Below, piece after piece: positions 38,971 to 50,986 of a stretch of 64,000 nucleotides of DNA. This DNA is from Camelus ferus. Its lineage: Eukaryota. The position numbers and the translations under genes are program-made. The notes under the pieces were generated by a model. It was not told the DNA's origin, made no database searches, and worked only from the letters and a program-made list of their open reading frames with translations. The DNA lies in assembly GCF_009834535.1 (NCBI RefSeq), contig NC_045698.1:92132001-92196000 (forward strand). Direction: 5' to 3'. Within the stretch, counting starts at the first letter, position 1. Each line of letters begins with the position of its first letter.

Positions 38971-39721
38971 AATCAAAATCCCAGCTGACTTCTTTAGACA
39001 CTAAGCACCAAGCAAAGATCATTTACAAGAAGTACTTCTTACGATCTTAGTTTGTAGAGCAGGGTTTTACGAACTCTGAAACAGAAATCACTGCATTAGC
39101 CCCAACTCTGTACCTCCAGGGCTCTCTCAGGGTAGATTTTACAGGAAAGCCCTCATACCCAAACAAGGCCCGCTCTGTAACATAACCTAGCCGCTGCCAA
39201 CTTCATTTAGTGCTAACAGTACTAAATCCACCTGGAAAAAATCTATGGGGGTGGAGTGATAGGAGCTGAGGGAAAGCAGCAAAAACCAACCAACAAAGGA
39301 AAAAGTGCTTCTTGACCTCCTTCCAAAGGGTCAGAAATTTTAACTATATAAAGGAGATGGTACATTTCAAAAAAAATCTTGAACACTGCATTTTCTTGGG
39401 AAAATTTGCAAGCAATTTCCTTTAAATAAATGGGACAAATGTTACTGTTTGATGTGAGTCAGCTGATTTACACTAGCCATCTAAGGAGCAAAGTTAGCAC
39501 CAATCACAAATACAACAGAAATGGGTTACATTGCATATTCTCTAGTCTAGGGACTCTCACCTGATGGGGATTTAGGGAGAAGTTAGTATCTTTCACTCGG
39601 CAAAAGGGATAAAAAGTTGAGCCAAGACTAGCTTTTCAATATACTTTCTCTCCCCATCAAATGACAATTAAAAAGCAAATCTTTAATTAAAGTTACACAC
39701 AATTTTTGCCACTGACAGAAA

Positions 39722-39727
39722 TTTATT
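39722..39727 (-). terminator. GDF9 distal poly(A) signal AATAAA
   Basis: TTTATT on the plus strand, followed downstream on the minus strand by a U-rich tract (gatttgctttttaattgtc). Confidence 0.55.
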
Positions 39728-40099
39728 CTTCCATTAAACAAGACTACAGCACTCTGAATTGTCTATTCAGTGCTGCAATCCCAACCACAATTTATGCTAA
39801 TTAAGTTTTTACGTCAAAAACAAGACTCCTCCGAAAAGAAAAAAATAACTCAGGGAAAAAAATTTAAAGCTCTCCAAAATAATGGCAACTCATTTACACT
39901 TGGAAATAAAAAATGCAGATGTTAGCCCTTTACACTGACAGGTACCACCGAATGTGCTAATCTACACAGGCCCCCCTTTACACGACGCACACTGCCTTAT
40001 AGAGATCTGACACACGAAGCTTTCTCCTGAAGGCACAGATAGGCACACAGCATTTATTTTGCCTGAGAGGCTCAAGGTTTTAGTTTAGAGGGCCCGATG

Positions 40100-42703
40100 T
40101 TAACGACAGGTGCACTGAGTGGCTATCATATCTTCATATTCTTTATAAGCAATTGAGCCATCAGTCTCAATGGTCAAAACACTCAAAGGACTGTACTTGG
40201 CAGGCACACAGGACGAGTGCGGCACTGAGGGGTCGAGCTTTTCGTGGATGACGTTCTGCACCATGGTGTGAACCGGGGAGCCGTACCGATGTCCCGCTGC
40301 CCTCGGACAGTCCCCTTTACAGTATCGAGGGTTGTATTTGTGTGGGGCCACAATCCAGTTGTCCCACTTCAGCTGACTAAAGCTAAGTCTAAAGTCGTGG
40401 AGCTCACACTCATTCTGGGGAAAAAGAAACTGTCTGAAGTATTCACTCAGATTGAGTGAAGCTGGAACCAGAGGCTTCTTCAATTCAGAGCTGACCGTTT
40501 CCTGATCTCTCCGGTGACGGGAAGCTCTTACAGGCTCAGCAGCCTCTTCTCCCGTGGGATAAGTGGACAGCCCTCCCTTCTGGTCAGGAACATGTGAAGG
40601 CCTCCTTTTATGGTGGTGGGAATACCGCCTGTGATAAGCCTCAGCACTTGTGTCATTCAGATATAAAAGCAGTGAGGGGGGCACCAGGAGAGTCGTATGA
40701 AGTGGACTTTTCTGTGCTGAAGGACGCTGCGGCTGGGCTGTCAGACATGTAAAATTTACAGACATGTGAATACTCCTCCTGTTGGAGGCCACTAGGGGCT
40801 GAAGGACAGCGGTCACATCAATCTCAATCCATTTGTATTTCTTTCTAAATTCAAACTGTGAGTTAACGGTAAATGAGTTTGGAGCTTTAGGGGGAGTCTT
40901 GCTAGAAAGCTCTGGCTCTTTAATCACCAGGTTAAACACACATTTAGCAGGAGAAGGAAAAGCAACGGAATTGCTGAAAGTGTATAGCAAGACTGACTTG
41001 AGTAAATGTTCAACAGCAGTAACACGATCCAGGTTAAACAGCAGGTCCACTGATGGAAGGGTTCCTGAGAAGAAAAACAATCCACCAGTAGTGCTCAATA
41101 CAAATGGAACATAGCAGGAAGTCAAATCAAGGAGTTAGTACCTCAGTATGTGCTTTTGCCCCTCTTTTCCCACTTTCTCAAGCCTCAAAACAAAAGCGGG
41201 GGTGAGATGGGAGTTATGAAGAAAAAGCAGATAATCAGCGCTTACAGCTGGGTACTTTATCACCAGGAAGTCAGAGCCGCTTTGGTGATAAATTAAAACA
41301 GGGGTCTCTACATTCTGAAGTTTCAGAATCTAAATAATTTGCTCCAAACACAGGGAATGCTAAAAAGGAAAGCATTATTTTTCTCTTGGAGAGTCTGTAA
41401 AGGGAAAACTACACCAAAATAAACACTTAGTGGCAGGGGGAGGGTATAGCTCAGTGGTAGAGTGTGTGCTTAGCATGCATGTGGTCCTGGATTCAAGCCC
41501 CAGTACCTCCATTAAAAAATAAATTAAAAACCTAATTAGCTCCCCACCCAAAAACTTAGGGAAAAAAAGAAAAAACACTTACCAGGCTTGTTAAGGCATT
41601 CTAAGTCCTTATTGAAAGAGTCAATAAAGAAAACTTACTGTCTATGTTAATTGGGAACACTTGAGACTGACAACAGACGCTCAAAAACCCACTATAATAA
41701 AATAGGACATCAAAGAAGGGTTTTAACGAGCCACAACTGACCTGCTGGGTTAGAAGTCAGGAGCTAGTGAATATTGTTTTTGTTTTTTATAGTGCTGCTC
41801 CCTTCTCTCACACACCCAAGACTGTCAGCTAACACTGCGTTCTTACAAAGATCCACTGGGACTTAAGCTTTCCACTCACAGCAAAAACTACAGAGAAAAC
41901 ATTCTGTTTCATAAAGCACACCAATAGCTGTAAAAGGTATTTTAGGCTCATTTCCAGTCCAGCATTGGTAGAATGGGAAGAATAAGCAACTGGAAGTCAA
42001 AATGCCTGGTTTCCAGTCTTGATTTTGTGACCCTGGACAAGACACTAACCCTAGCAGCACTTTCATCAGCCTACTGAGCCATTAAGTCTCTTCTAGCTCT
42101 AAAATTCTATCATATTAACCCACCGTAACTCATGAGGACATAAGGAGGAAACAGTAAGTTCAAGTACCAGATTTGCTTGGATTTTGATATTGAATAATTG
42201 CAAAGTAAAATGCCGTTCAAGGCGCAAAACACAGCTCCTTTCTGTAATGGAAAGGAGAAGGTCTATCATCTTCCCTCTACCCATTACCCAATCTGCTCCT
42301 ACACACCTGTTGCCTGGTCCCCAGGAGCCTGCTTGTGCTGGGCACAGGGGGTGAAGAGCCGAACAGTGTTGTAGAGGGGACTTCTGTTGGATTTGGGGAT
42401 CCCCTCCTTGGTAGCATATGCCATATAGAGCCTCTTCATGTAGCGCAAAGCTCTGGCGTCTGGCTGCAGCCTAGGGGCCCCATCTGGCCCATCATAGAGA
42501 ACTCTGAAGAGAGGGGAAAGGAGGCCAGATCTGTGTCTCTCATCTAGAGGCTGTAGCAAAGACCAAGGCTGAGCCTCAGATTCCAATGCAGCACTAGCGG
42601 CAATCTGAGCTTCTCTGCTAGAAGCCTGAGAACCAAGGCTAATAGGAAAATAGAGCCAAGCAAAGCAGCAAAACCAAAGGAAGAATTTGCTGGGAAGTGC
42701 CAT
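40100..42703 (-). CDS. GDF9: Growth differentiation factor 9 preproprotein, join(complement 42307-42703, 40100-41064), 453 aa
   Basis: Signal peptide MALPSKFFLWFCCFAWL; exon 1 of 397 nt (ACAG|GTGTGT); acceptor cttctcag|GA; RHRR furin site; 135-aa mature TGF-beta domain with six Cys and Ser in place of the dimerisation Cys (SCVP), diagnostic of GDF9/BMP15. Confidence 0.98.
41436..41575 (+). mobile_element. tRNA-derived SINE (Vic-1-like) in GDF9 intron 1, antisense to the gene
   Basis: GGGGGAGGGTATAGCTCAGTGGTAGAGTGTGTGCTTAGCATGCATGTGGTCCTGGATTCAAGCCCCAGTACCTCCATTAAAAAATAAATT... Confidence 0.9.
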
Positions 42704-42779
42704 GGCTTGGAAGAATTAGCAAGGAGCACATTTCCCCATACCAGTCTTCCTACAAACCAGGAAGAGCCTCGGTTGGTCT

Positions 42780-42890
42780 CTTAAATAAAATTTAGGTGTG
42801 TGGGTGGGCTAGGTTCACTTCTGTAATCAGACCTCAAGGATGCCCAGCTGAAGATAGTTCTATCAGCTATATGTCAAACACCTGACAGAA
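42780..42890 (-). promoter_or_regulatory. GDF9 proximal promoter with E-box
   Basis: CAGCTG at 42845-42850, ~145 nt upstream of the ATG; a second E-box CACCTG near 42880; an AT-rich TATA-like tract near 42781-42790. A proximal CAGCTG E-box is, from memory, needed for ovarian Gdf9 expression in mouse. Confidence 0.5.
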
Positions 42891-44249
42891 CCCTATTTAT
42901 CCAATTTGTCCTCCTTACATATGGATATATTTGGTTATTTAGCTTTCCTCTTCCTTTTCCCTGGCATTTATTTAAAATGTCTTAAGTTATCATTATACTA
43001 ATGGTCTAATCATGTAGCTGAAAGGCTAAGAGAAATTGAGGAGTGATCTTAAAATAAAACCACTCATTTTTTCAGAGCGAGTAGGATTCTTAAAATGTTC
43101 CTTAGGTATTTGCTGAAACTTCCAAGGCATATGGAAAAGCTAATTATTCACAATGTTTGGCAGATCTGTGGGTATGCAATTTATGGTATTGGGTTTACTC
43201 TTCTTTATCCTCCCCACCGCTCCCATTTTCAGGTGCTTAGAATAATTATTTACTGCATGCTGATTTGGAGGGTGAGAGAAAGTCGCAATTGGCATTGAAA
43301 TTCCAGAGAGCAGAAAACTGCTAAGTTGCATAGTTCTCTGAGGTAGCTTAATAAGGATATGTACTTGGATTACTGCAACATGCCTTAAAAAGGAGGATGT
43401 CACCTTTAATCTTGACTCATTTTATAACACCTTGATGCCTTCACTTTGGTCTGCACATTTGCCTACACAAACTTTGCTTGAAAGGTCTATTCTATACGTC
43501 TTTGCAGGTGCTAGAAAATAAAGTTTTATTTGTTTTTCATTAATCACTCAAATGGTGGTAGAATTTGCTAGGGTATTTTTGTTCTTAACTCTTGTAAGTA
43601 TTTATGTTTCTGCCTCTGAGCGGAGATCAGGTTAGAGATTATGTTTCAGAAAAATGAGACAAGGGTGCACCTTGGATAGCTGAAATGAGAGGATATCCAG
43701 TGCCACCCCTAAGGAGACTGTTTTCTGAGAGAAAGTCAACCTACACTCACAGTACAAGATACAGAACCAGTCTATGCAGGGCCTGGGCTGATAAAACTAA
43801 GGTATATTTGTAAATTTTAAGTTCATTGCCTGCCAAGCTTCCCCTAGCCGGTCACTGGTAAGCAGGGTTATAAAACGCACTCAAACTGTTGAATGCAAAC
43901 TTGGATCTAGATTACATACGGCTAGCAATTCCATGAACAAAACAGGTACAGACATGCTGCATCAAGTGGGAAAGTCAGTCAGCTGCACAGGACAGCAGCA
44001 TTCTTAAGTAGAAAGCACTTTCCCAAAAATGATATCGCCTTACACACGTTCCTGCCTCCCTCCCTGGGAAGTGGAGCGAATTGTGGGCAACCTGACAGTC
44101 CGTCCCTGGCCAAGCCCTGTCGTGGAGAGGGGAGAGCTGGCTGCTGTGAAGGTCGCCTCTTCCTTCCCTCCTCCCACCACTAACAGTTGTTCAGCAGTTG
44201 CTGGACAATTATGTGAAGTCTGTTGTGGCTGGATTTGAGGAAACGTTTT

Positions 44250-45290
44250 AATCTCTCCTGGAAAAGTCTACACTCTGCCACTGTAATCCGGTGGCTGCCA
44301 AGAGAAGTCCCAGATCCGTGTCCTTGACTCGGGTCCTGGGGTCAATGATGGTCTGAACATAACCGATCCCAGTTCCAGCCACTGGACAGGACCGTATAAA
44401 ACCTCGTGTCGGCTGCCAGGCGGCACCTCCTCCGGCCTCCGGGGCGCTCTCCACCGCGGGAGGACACCGGCCTTTAGCGCGCGGCTGTCTCGACCCTCGA
44501 AGTTGGCAGTCACCTTGCTCTTCACCTCTTGGTCCCGCCCAGCTCTGGCCGCCTCCAGCGGCTCCTCAGAAGGGCGAAGACCCAAGAGAAGCTAGAGGGG
44601 CTCGGGGGGTACCCCCGTCCCAGTGCCCGCCAATCGTGCTAGGCCCCACCCCCCGCCCAAGCACCGCCCACCACACGTCACCTGTCCAGGGCACTTCTCT
44701 CCCGCACGGAGGAAACGGCGCCTCCCCCTGGAGACGGCCGGGAAATTGCGCTCCCGGAAGTGACGTCACCGCCTCCTAGCGCGGCGCCCGTCCCTACCGG
44801 AAGTGGCGGGCTGAGGCCGGTGGATCCCGTACTGTGGAGGGCGAGGTGACCTCGGTGCGGGGGTGAGGTTCTGCCGCCCGATCTCGGTGGCCTCGGGAGG
44901 GTGGGGGCGCCGCCTAGGCTGGGAGAAACGGGGGACGCCGGGGAGGGTCTCGGGTTGGGGGCGGCGCGTCCCGGGCTTGAGCCCAGCGTCTGTCCTCCCT
45001 CCGTACTGCAGGCGCCGCTGCGACCATGGGCCGCGAGTTTGGGCACCTGACGCGGATGCGGCATGTGATCACCTACAGCTTGTCGCCCTTCGAGCAGCGC
45101 GCCTTTCCGAACTACTTCAGCAAGGGCATCCCCAACGTGCTGCGCCGCACTCGGGCGTGCATCCTTAGGGTCGCGCCGCGTGAGTTCCTTGGCTAGGCGG
45201 GGGTCTGGACTTCCATCCACCGTGGGAACGGCGGGTCCCCTCAGTGAGCGCTCTGCGACGGGCGGGCGCCCTGCAGCTTGCCATGCACAC
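44250..45290. promoter_or_regulatory. UQCRQ CpG-island promoter, head-to-head with GDF9
   Basis: CpG-rich; CCGGAAGTGACGTCA at 44754-44768 and ACCGGAAGTG at 44796-44805. A non-coding exon 1 probably ends at GAG|GTGACC (44845); acceptor ctgcag| at 45012. Confidence 0.8.
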
Positions 45291-45940
45291 GTTTTCTCAC
45301 TGGATATTCTTGAAGGCCCTTGAACTGGTCATAGCATCCTCCCTATCCTACAGATGAGGGAAGTGAGTCACGGAGAACTTAAAAGGACTGGCCCAAGGTC
45401 ACTTATGTGACTCCATCGTCTCCATCTGAGGTCATCTTTACCCACTTCTTTTTTAGAGATGAACTGTTCTGTGTTAAATGTGCAACAGATGGTGATGCGA
45501 GTTGCACAATATTGTGAATTTGCTGAAACTCACAGAAGTGTACATTTCAAAATGGTTAAATGATGTTTATGTTGTGTGAACTTGATCTGTTATCTCATTA
45601 AAGTATTTTAAAATGTGCAACAGGGGAGAGATAGGGAAGATTTGGTAACAAATTTTCCTCGGTGAACTCCTTTCTTTGGGCCACCTGTAAAATGTGTGTG
45701 TAATGCAGCCTTTCCTGATCTGGTTTAAGAGTGCTTTCTTAAAAACTAGAGACAGGAGGGCAGAATATGCTGAGTCAGAAATGAGGACTGGGACCCTTGT
45801 GCCTTATATGTGCTCACTGCTTACTCTCATTTTTTATTTTTATAGCATTTGTAGCGTTTTATCTTCTCTACACGTGGGGAACCCAAGAGTTTGAGAGATC
45901 GAAAAGGAAGAATCCAGCTACTTATGAAAATGACAAATGA
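45026..45940 (+). CDS. UQCRQ: Cytochrome b-c1 complex subunit 8 (QCR8), join(45026-45179, 45846-45940), 82 aa
   Basis: [51 protein letters not shown]|[31 protein letters not shown]. Donor C|GTGAGT, acceptor tatag|; AATAAA at 46024-46029. Missing from the ORF track because the exons are short. Confidence 0.97.
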
Positions 45941-46599
45941 GCAGCTCATCTGGATAATGGTTCCTTGTCTCTGAAAGACCCTTCTCTGGGAGAGGAGTCT
46001 ACATTGTAGTGTCCTGAAGACACAATAAACTTATTATGGGCTACACTGTTGTGATTTTGCATTTTTATGAGCAGAGTCCTTGGATGTGTCTGCTAATTTT
46101 CAAGTTCATAAACTCCCCTCTCCAGCATGAGGCCTGAACAATTTTGGCCAGTCTCTGAGTTTGGTGAAGGATTGTGGCTCACCCCTTGTTCTGTAATCTA
46201 CAAAACAGTAGCTGCAGCTACTCCTGTGGATGGCATGTATTGTAGGGAACGTTGGCTCCCAGCCTCCGCTGCCACAATGACAATAAAATCTAGTAACTGT
46301 ATTGTCATTATGTAATTACTTTTCTTAGCCTTTTACACAAATAAAAGTGTTTTAAACCTCACAGCTACCTCTTGAAGTAAGTATCACTGTTACACTTAAT
46401 TTGCAAATAAGGACACAGGCATAGAGAGGATAAGTAATTTGCCCAGAATTATACAGCCAGTGAATGGTAGAGTCTGGCAAGCAAGTTCATGCTGTGAGAG
46501 CTATGCTGTACCACCTTTCCTCCTAAGGCAAGCCTGCCTTAGCCTGGGAGGAAGTCGGCTGTCAGAGGAAGGGGTGAGGTGACTCCTTTGCCTCTAGAA

Positions 46600-46728
46600 C
46601 TAGGGTCAGCAAACTGGCTGTGTTTGTACCAGGTTGCTAATGGTGGATTTCAACCATGTGTGGTCCATAAAGCTTAAAATATTTACTCTCTGGCCCTTTA
46701 TGGAAAAAGTTTACCCCTGTTTTAGAGC
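46600..46728. mobile_element. MER58-like hAT DNA transposon remnant
   Basis: ctagggtcagcaaact...aaaatatttactctctggccctttatggaaaaagttt. Confidence 0.6.
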
Positions 46729-49700
46729 CTTTGAACAATCTTTGTGGTGGAAAAAGATACCCTGTTCCATACACCAGGAGGTGGTGGGGACAAGTGCTGG
46801 CAGTTGTATGCTTCTGGTTCCCTGCTCTAGTTCTAGAAACTTCTCTTCTAAGGACACTTGGGTCCAGAGCAGCAACTTTTACAGTGAGCTCAGCTTCTGG
46901 CCCAGAGTATATCTTCATTTATTCTAATGATTGCTCCTGCCTTTTAGGAATCAAAATTAAAATACCTCAAAACAAAAATCGGCCAAGATAGATTGCATTG
47001 TGACACAGGGTAAGGAGGTGAGGCTGAGGTGGACAGACTTGGGCCCATATCCTTTGTTGCTTCCTCACTGTGTGATGCAGGCAAGAAATCCACATTCCTT
47101 AGCTTTGAGCTTCTCACCCATAAAATAGATGTGTTAATAATACAGAGCCTTAGGGCTGAGGTAACAGTGAAATGACTGATATGGAAGAGTCCGGCAGGAT
47201 GGTGCAAGCTTAACAAAGGACAGTGGTGTGATGAAAACTCTTGCCTCACCAAACAGTCTAATTTTCCAGTTTGGCTCTTTGTCCAAGTTTATTCCCAGGG
47301 CTTGCTGCTTGAACTGCGGTGTTTTGGGGTCATAGACGCCTTTGAGAATCTAATGAAAGCTGTGGACCTGAAGAAGCTGTGAATGTACCCTTCCTAAACT
47401 TTGTATTGTTTGAACAGGCTCACGGCCAGGGGAAGATCGATGATTGCCTTAACAGGACATTAATCTGAATTTTTCCCCTCTGATTTTGGCCCCAAGCTTC
47501 CTAGGGGCGATGGCCACCATCTCCCATCTTGGCTTCATTTTACCCTTGGACTTTTATTCCTGGTTCTATGAGTCCTTTTGAGATACCAGCTCAAAATCCA
47601 ACTTACTCTTCCTCAGTCCAGACCAGGCACTGAGCCTGTTGGTCTGAATCCTTTTATTCCAGGTGTGCTTTACTGAGGAGGGGTTCTCTGAGCCCTTTCA
47701 TGTGCTGAGCTTCTGCTTTGGGATAAAATTGTTTAAGGGTGCTTTAAGCCTGTCTCCTTCCAAAGGGCTTTCCTCTTTAAACTTGGGGACACAGAGCTCT
47801 GTGCAGCAGGGTGCTGGTGGGTGTGGAATATGAGTTGTCATAGCTCAGTGCTCTCGTATGTGATGTGGGATTTGGGGTCATTTTATGGACTATTCTATCT
47901 GTAGAAATCCATAAAAAGGAAAGTGGGTGAAGTCTCTTAAGGAAGAGAGACCACTGCTGTGGCCTCTGCCTGTAACCCACCCACCTGGAGCCTCCAGCCG
48001 GAGTATGCTCCTTCACCTGCTGCTGGGGCACAATCCGGTGTTCCTTTAGCCCTTTTCCCCAGCAGTGCTCCTGCTCCCCCAGGGCTTTCCTCTCTGGGCT
48101 GCAGAATGCAGCAAAGGGGACTCCAGTCAGCCCACAGTCCCAGAGATGCAGGCCCAGAAGTCCATGACAGTTCTAGCCAGCAAAAGAGCAAATACACTTT
48201 GACCCTTTGTTGAAGTTTTACCTGGAAGTTTTTCCATTTCAGAGTCTTTCATTTTTCATTAGGTACCTTCTGCTCAGGGATAGCAAAAAAGTTTCCCGTT
48301 ACTGTTGTGCCCTAGTGATCTTCTATTCACCTGGAATGTGTTTCAAACAGCTGCTCATGTAGCTAAGCCCTCTGTCTCCCATTTCATTCTAGGCACTTAA
48401 TCTCAGAAACAGAAAATCCCTAGGAGCTGTATTAAGAGTTACCAAGGTATAAGCTGTCAAATGTGTTCAGTCATTTACTTCTTGTAAATTAATCACTTGA
48501 ACCCCAACATGTTGAGTTCTGAGAGGCCTTAGAGATCCTCCTGTCTCACGACAGAACAAGAAACTAAAGCCCAAAGAGGGGAAAGGCTGGCCTGGTCAGT
48601 TACCCTACCTAGGCCCCTGGCTCCTGCCTTCCAGCTAAGCACTCTTTCTCCTTATGGCTCAAACTATTAAAGGCTGCCGAGACCTTTCTGCTGGAGGGTG
48701 GAACATGTAGTTTTGCATCGATTTACTCAGCAAAGTACTTGAATGCAGAGAGTGCCTGGATTTAAAAAAAATTTTTTTTTTAATTTCAGGAATAGGCCTT
48801 CACGATTCTGCTCAAGGATGTGGGATGGCTGTGGACAATTGCTATCACTTCAACTTAAAGCTGTCTGGATGCCACTTTGCTTTTAAAGGTTTGATTTTTG
48901 CTCCATACTTAAATAAAACAACTACAGAGTTAGTGTGGACATATGTTGAAATTCTTTCCCTCACGGTGATTCCTTCCACAGGCAGTAACTAATGGATCTT
49001 TTCTTCTGGGAGGAGGGATAGCACACAAGGCAGAGAGAGGCTCGAGCCACAAAGGCTTCTGCAGTGTTGTCACACCCACGCTGAATGGTCCTTTTTTCCC
49101 CTCACAGAGGGGACTCAGAGCAGACCCTTCCCTCAGCTGTGGTATTGGCTTATGTTCACACAAAAGGCTACTTTGATTTTGGTTGAAGTACAGGAAGGCA
49201 GAAATGGAGGCTCATGAGAAGGTATCTCTTTGGAATGAGCAGGTTCCAAATCCCATTTGGCACATCAACTCCAGGCTTGTTGAGGGGAGGCTGGCGCCGA
49301 GTCCACAGATCCTGCTGGCTCTAGGACAACAGGTTGTTCAGTCTTTTGCTTACCTAATCAGATTTGTGTTCTTACCCAATGTTCACTAGGTCACCATACA
49401 GCCTCTTCCCCACCCCACAACAGTACTTAATTAAGCCCCTACTTGGGGTCATTCTGTGTCTAAGCCAGGAGTAAAGAAATGGAAGAGCAGCTACCTAGTC
49501 TCAGACTTGCAGGATTGGTTAAGTGGGTTTGACATAGTTCTGTTTCTCAGTGATCCTTATGTGCAAGCAGTGGTGTCTCCCTCCAGGCCAGGTTCCATGT
49601 TCCTGAGAGGACTGGAATCAGGCAGACAGATCTGTGGCATCACATCCCACCCAATCTCAGCTTCGATGTCCACCATACCACCCTCTTCTCCCTTGGCAAG

Positions 49701-50882
49701 AGGACTGGTGACCATCCCATTCCACCTCCAGCTGTGCTGCACCTCCTCCACTTCCCCTTGGGGAACAGGCAGTCTCTTACCACACAACCAAACTCTGAAG
49801 ATGAGAAGTGCTTTGCAAAGAGGTATCAGCCAAGTGTTCGGGGAGACACTAGGCACAAAAAGAATCTTGTTGCATTTGTTTTCTTGGCTTTTCCTTCCAG
49901 GTCACTGGCAGATCTAAAGTCCTACAAATCTCCTTACTCAGTATTCACACCTTTCCCCATAAATTTATTTAAATGTCTGTCATTTAACGAGTACCATAAC
50001 TACTCATGGTTTAGGTACATTCCCTTTCTTGGTCTACAATCCTGCAGCAGTTCCCACTTGAGCTGGTGGATGTTTTTGAGCTTTGGAGAGATCTCAGCCC
50101 TATGCCTGCTTCCCTCAGCCTGCTGGAAGGATGTCCTCTGTAAAAAGCCCAGTCAGCTGCTGGCAGAAAAGCTCACAATTCCAGGTTTGCAACATTTGTC
50201 ACCACCACCACCAATCTCTCCCACTGCTTTAGGAGCCCCTGCTGTCTCCTCATTACATTTTATTTTAAAAAGGAAACAAAGCCAACCAATAGTCATTCAT
50301 TCACTTCACCCATGACTGAAAGATCAGTCAGTCCTGATTTCTTTTCCCCGGGAGGTGGCAGGTAGGACAGACTTTGAACATTTCTGCAGCAGGGTTTCGA
50401 CTCTTCTAGGGAGATGATGTGGAACAGATAACTAGGATGACAGTCCATCCATATAAACGGGGGTCTAGGGCACTGCAGACCACTGCTTGCTGAAGCATCC
50501 TCCCGCAGAAGGGAGATAAGGGCCTCACCCCACTGCCTATAACAAAATGTATCTGCACTTCTTTTCTAGACAAAGATGAAAGGGGTCAACATTATTTCTG
50601 AAGACCTCAATATTTGAATTCTATTTTGATTATAGAATGATTTCACTGAACTATTTTGGAATCAAAATGTGGCTAGGTGCCTGGTCTCCCTCAATGACTT
50701 CACGTGGCTTTTCAAAGGGGAGGAGGCAGTGCTGACTTGGTAAAATGAGTGAAAAGATCCAAGCCAGCAACACAGTCAAAGTCCAGACGAGGGATCGGTA
50801 AATACAACGTACCTGAAAGACAGGCCTTGAGCAGATTCCTCTGGTAGACATTAACTCATTAAATTGACCATGACTGTAAATA

Positions 50883-50939
50883 TAAACTTTGCCCCCATCT
50901 CACCTGGCAACCATAAAAGAGGCGGATTTGTCTATAAAA
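50883..50939 (+). promoter_or_regulatory. LEAP2 proximal promoter (TATA box, HNF4-like site)
   Basis: TATAAAA at 50933-50939; GGGGCAAAGTTTA on the minus strand at 50883-50895 resembles the HNF4A motif, consistent with liver and gut expression. Confidence 0.55.
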
Positions 50940-50986
50940 GGATGCAGAAACTGTCCCCAGCTTTCAGGCTCCAATATCCCGTCAAG

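Noticed and set aside
40596-40640. Extra basic cluster HRRYSHHHKRR in the GDF9 prodomain as a second furin site
   Set aside because: There is no Arg at P4 for either dibasic pair, and KRR is shared with other mammals.
36125-41575. Inverted SINE pair flanking GDF9 exon 2 (circRNA or editing substrate)
   Set aside because: Exon 2 is terminal with no donor, and the second SINE lies ~3.5 kb beyond the poly(A) signal.
44248-44585. 68-aa and 105-aa minus-strand ORFs upstream of GDF9
   Set aside because: No homology recognised. They lie in a CpG-island shore and are more plausibly non-coding.
49734-50315. 193-aa ORF upstream of LEAP2
   Set aside because: Non-ATG start, random-like composition, and no domain or splice support.
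50849-50864. HNF1-like palindrome ATTAACTCATTAAA in the LEAP2 promoter
   Set aside because: Spacing is one base off the GTTAATNATTAAC consensus, so only a half site matches.
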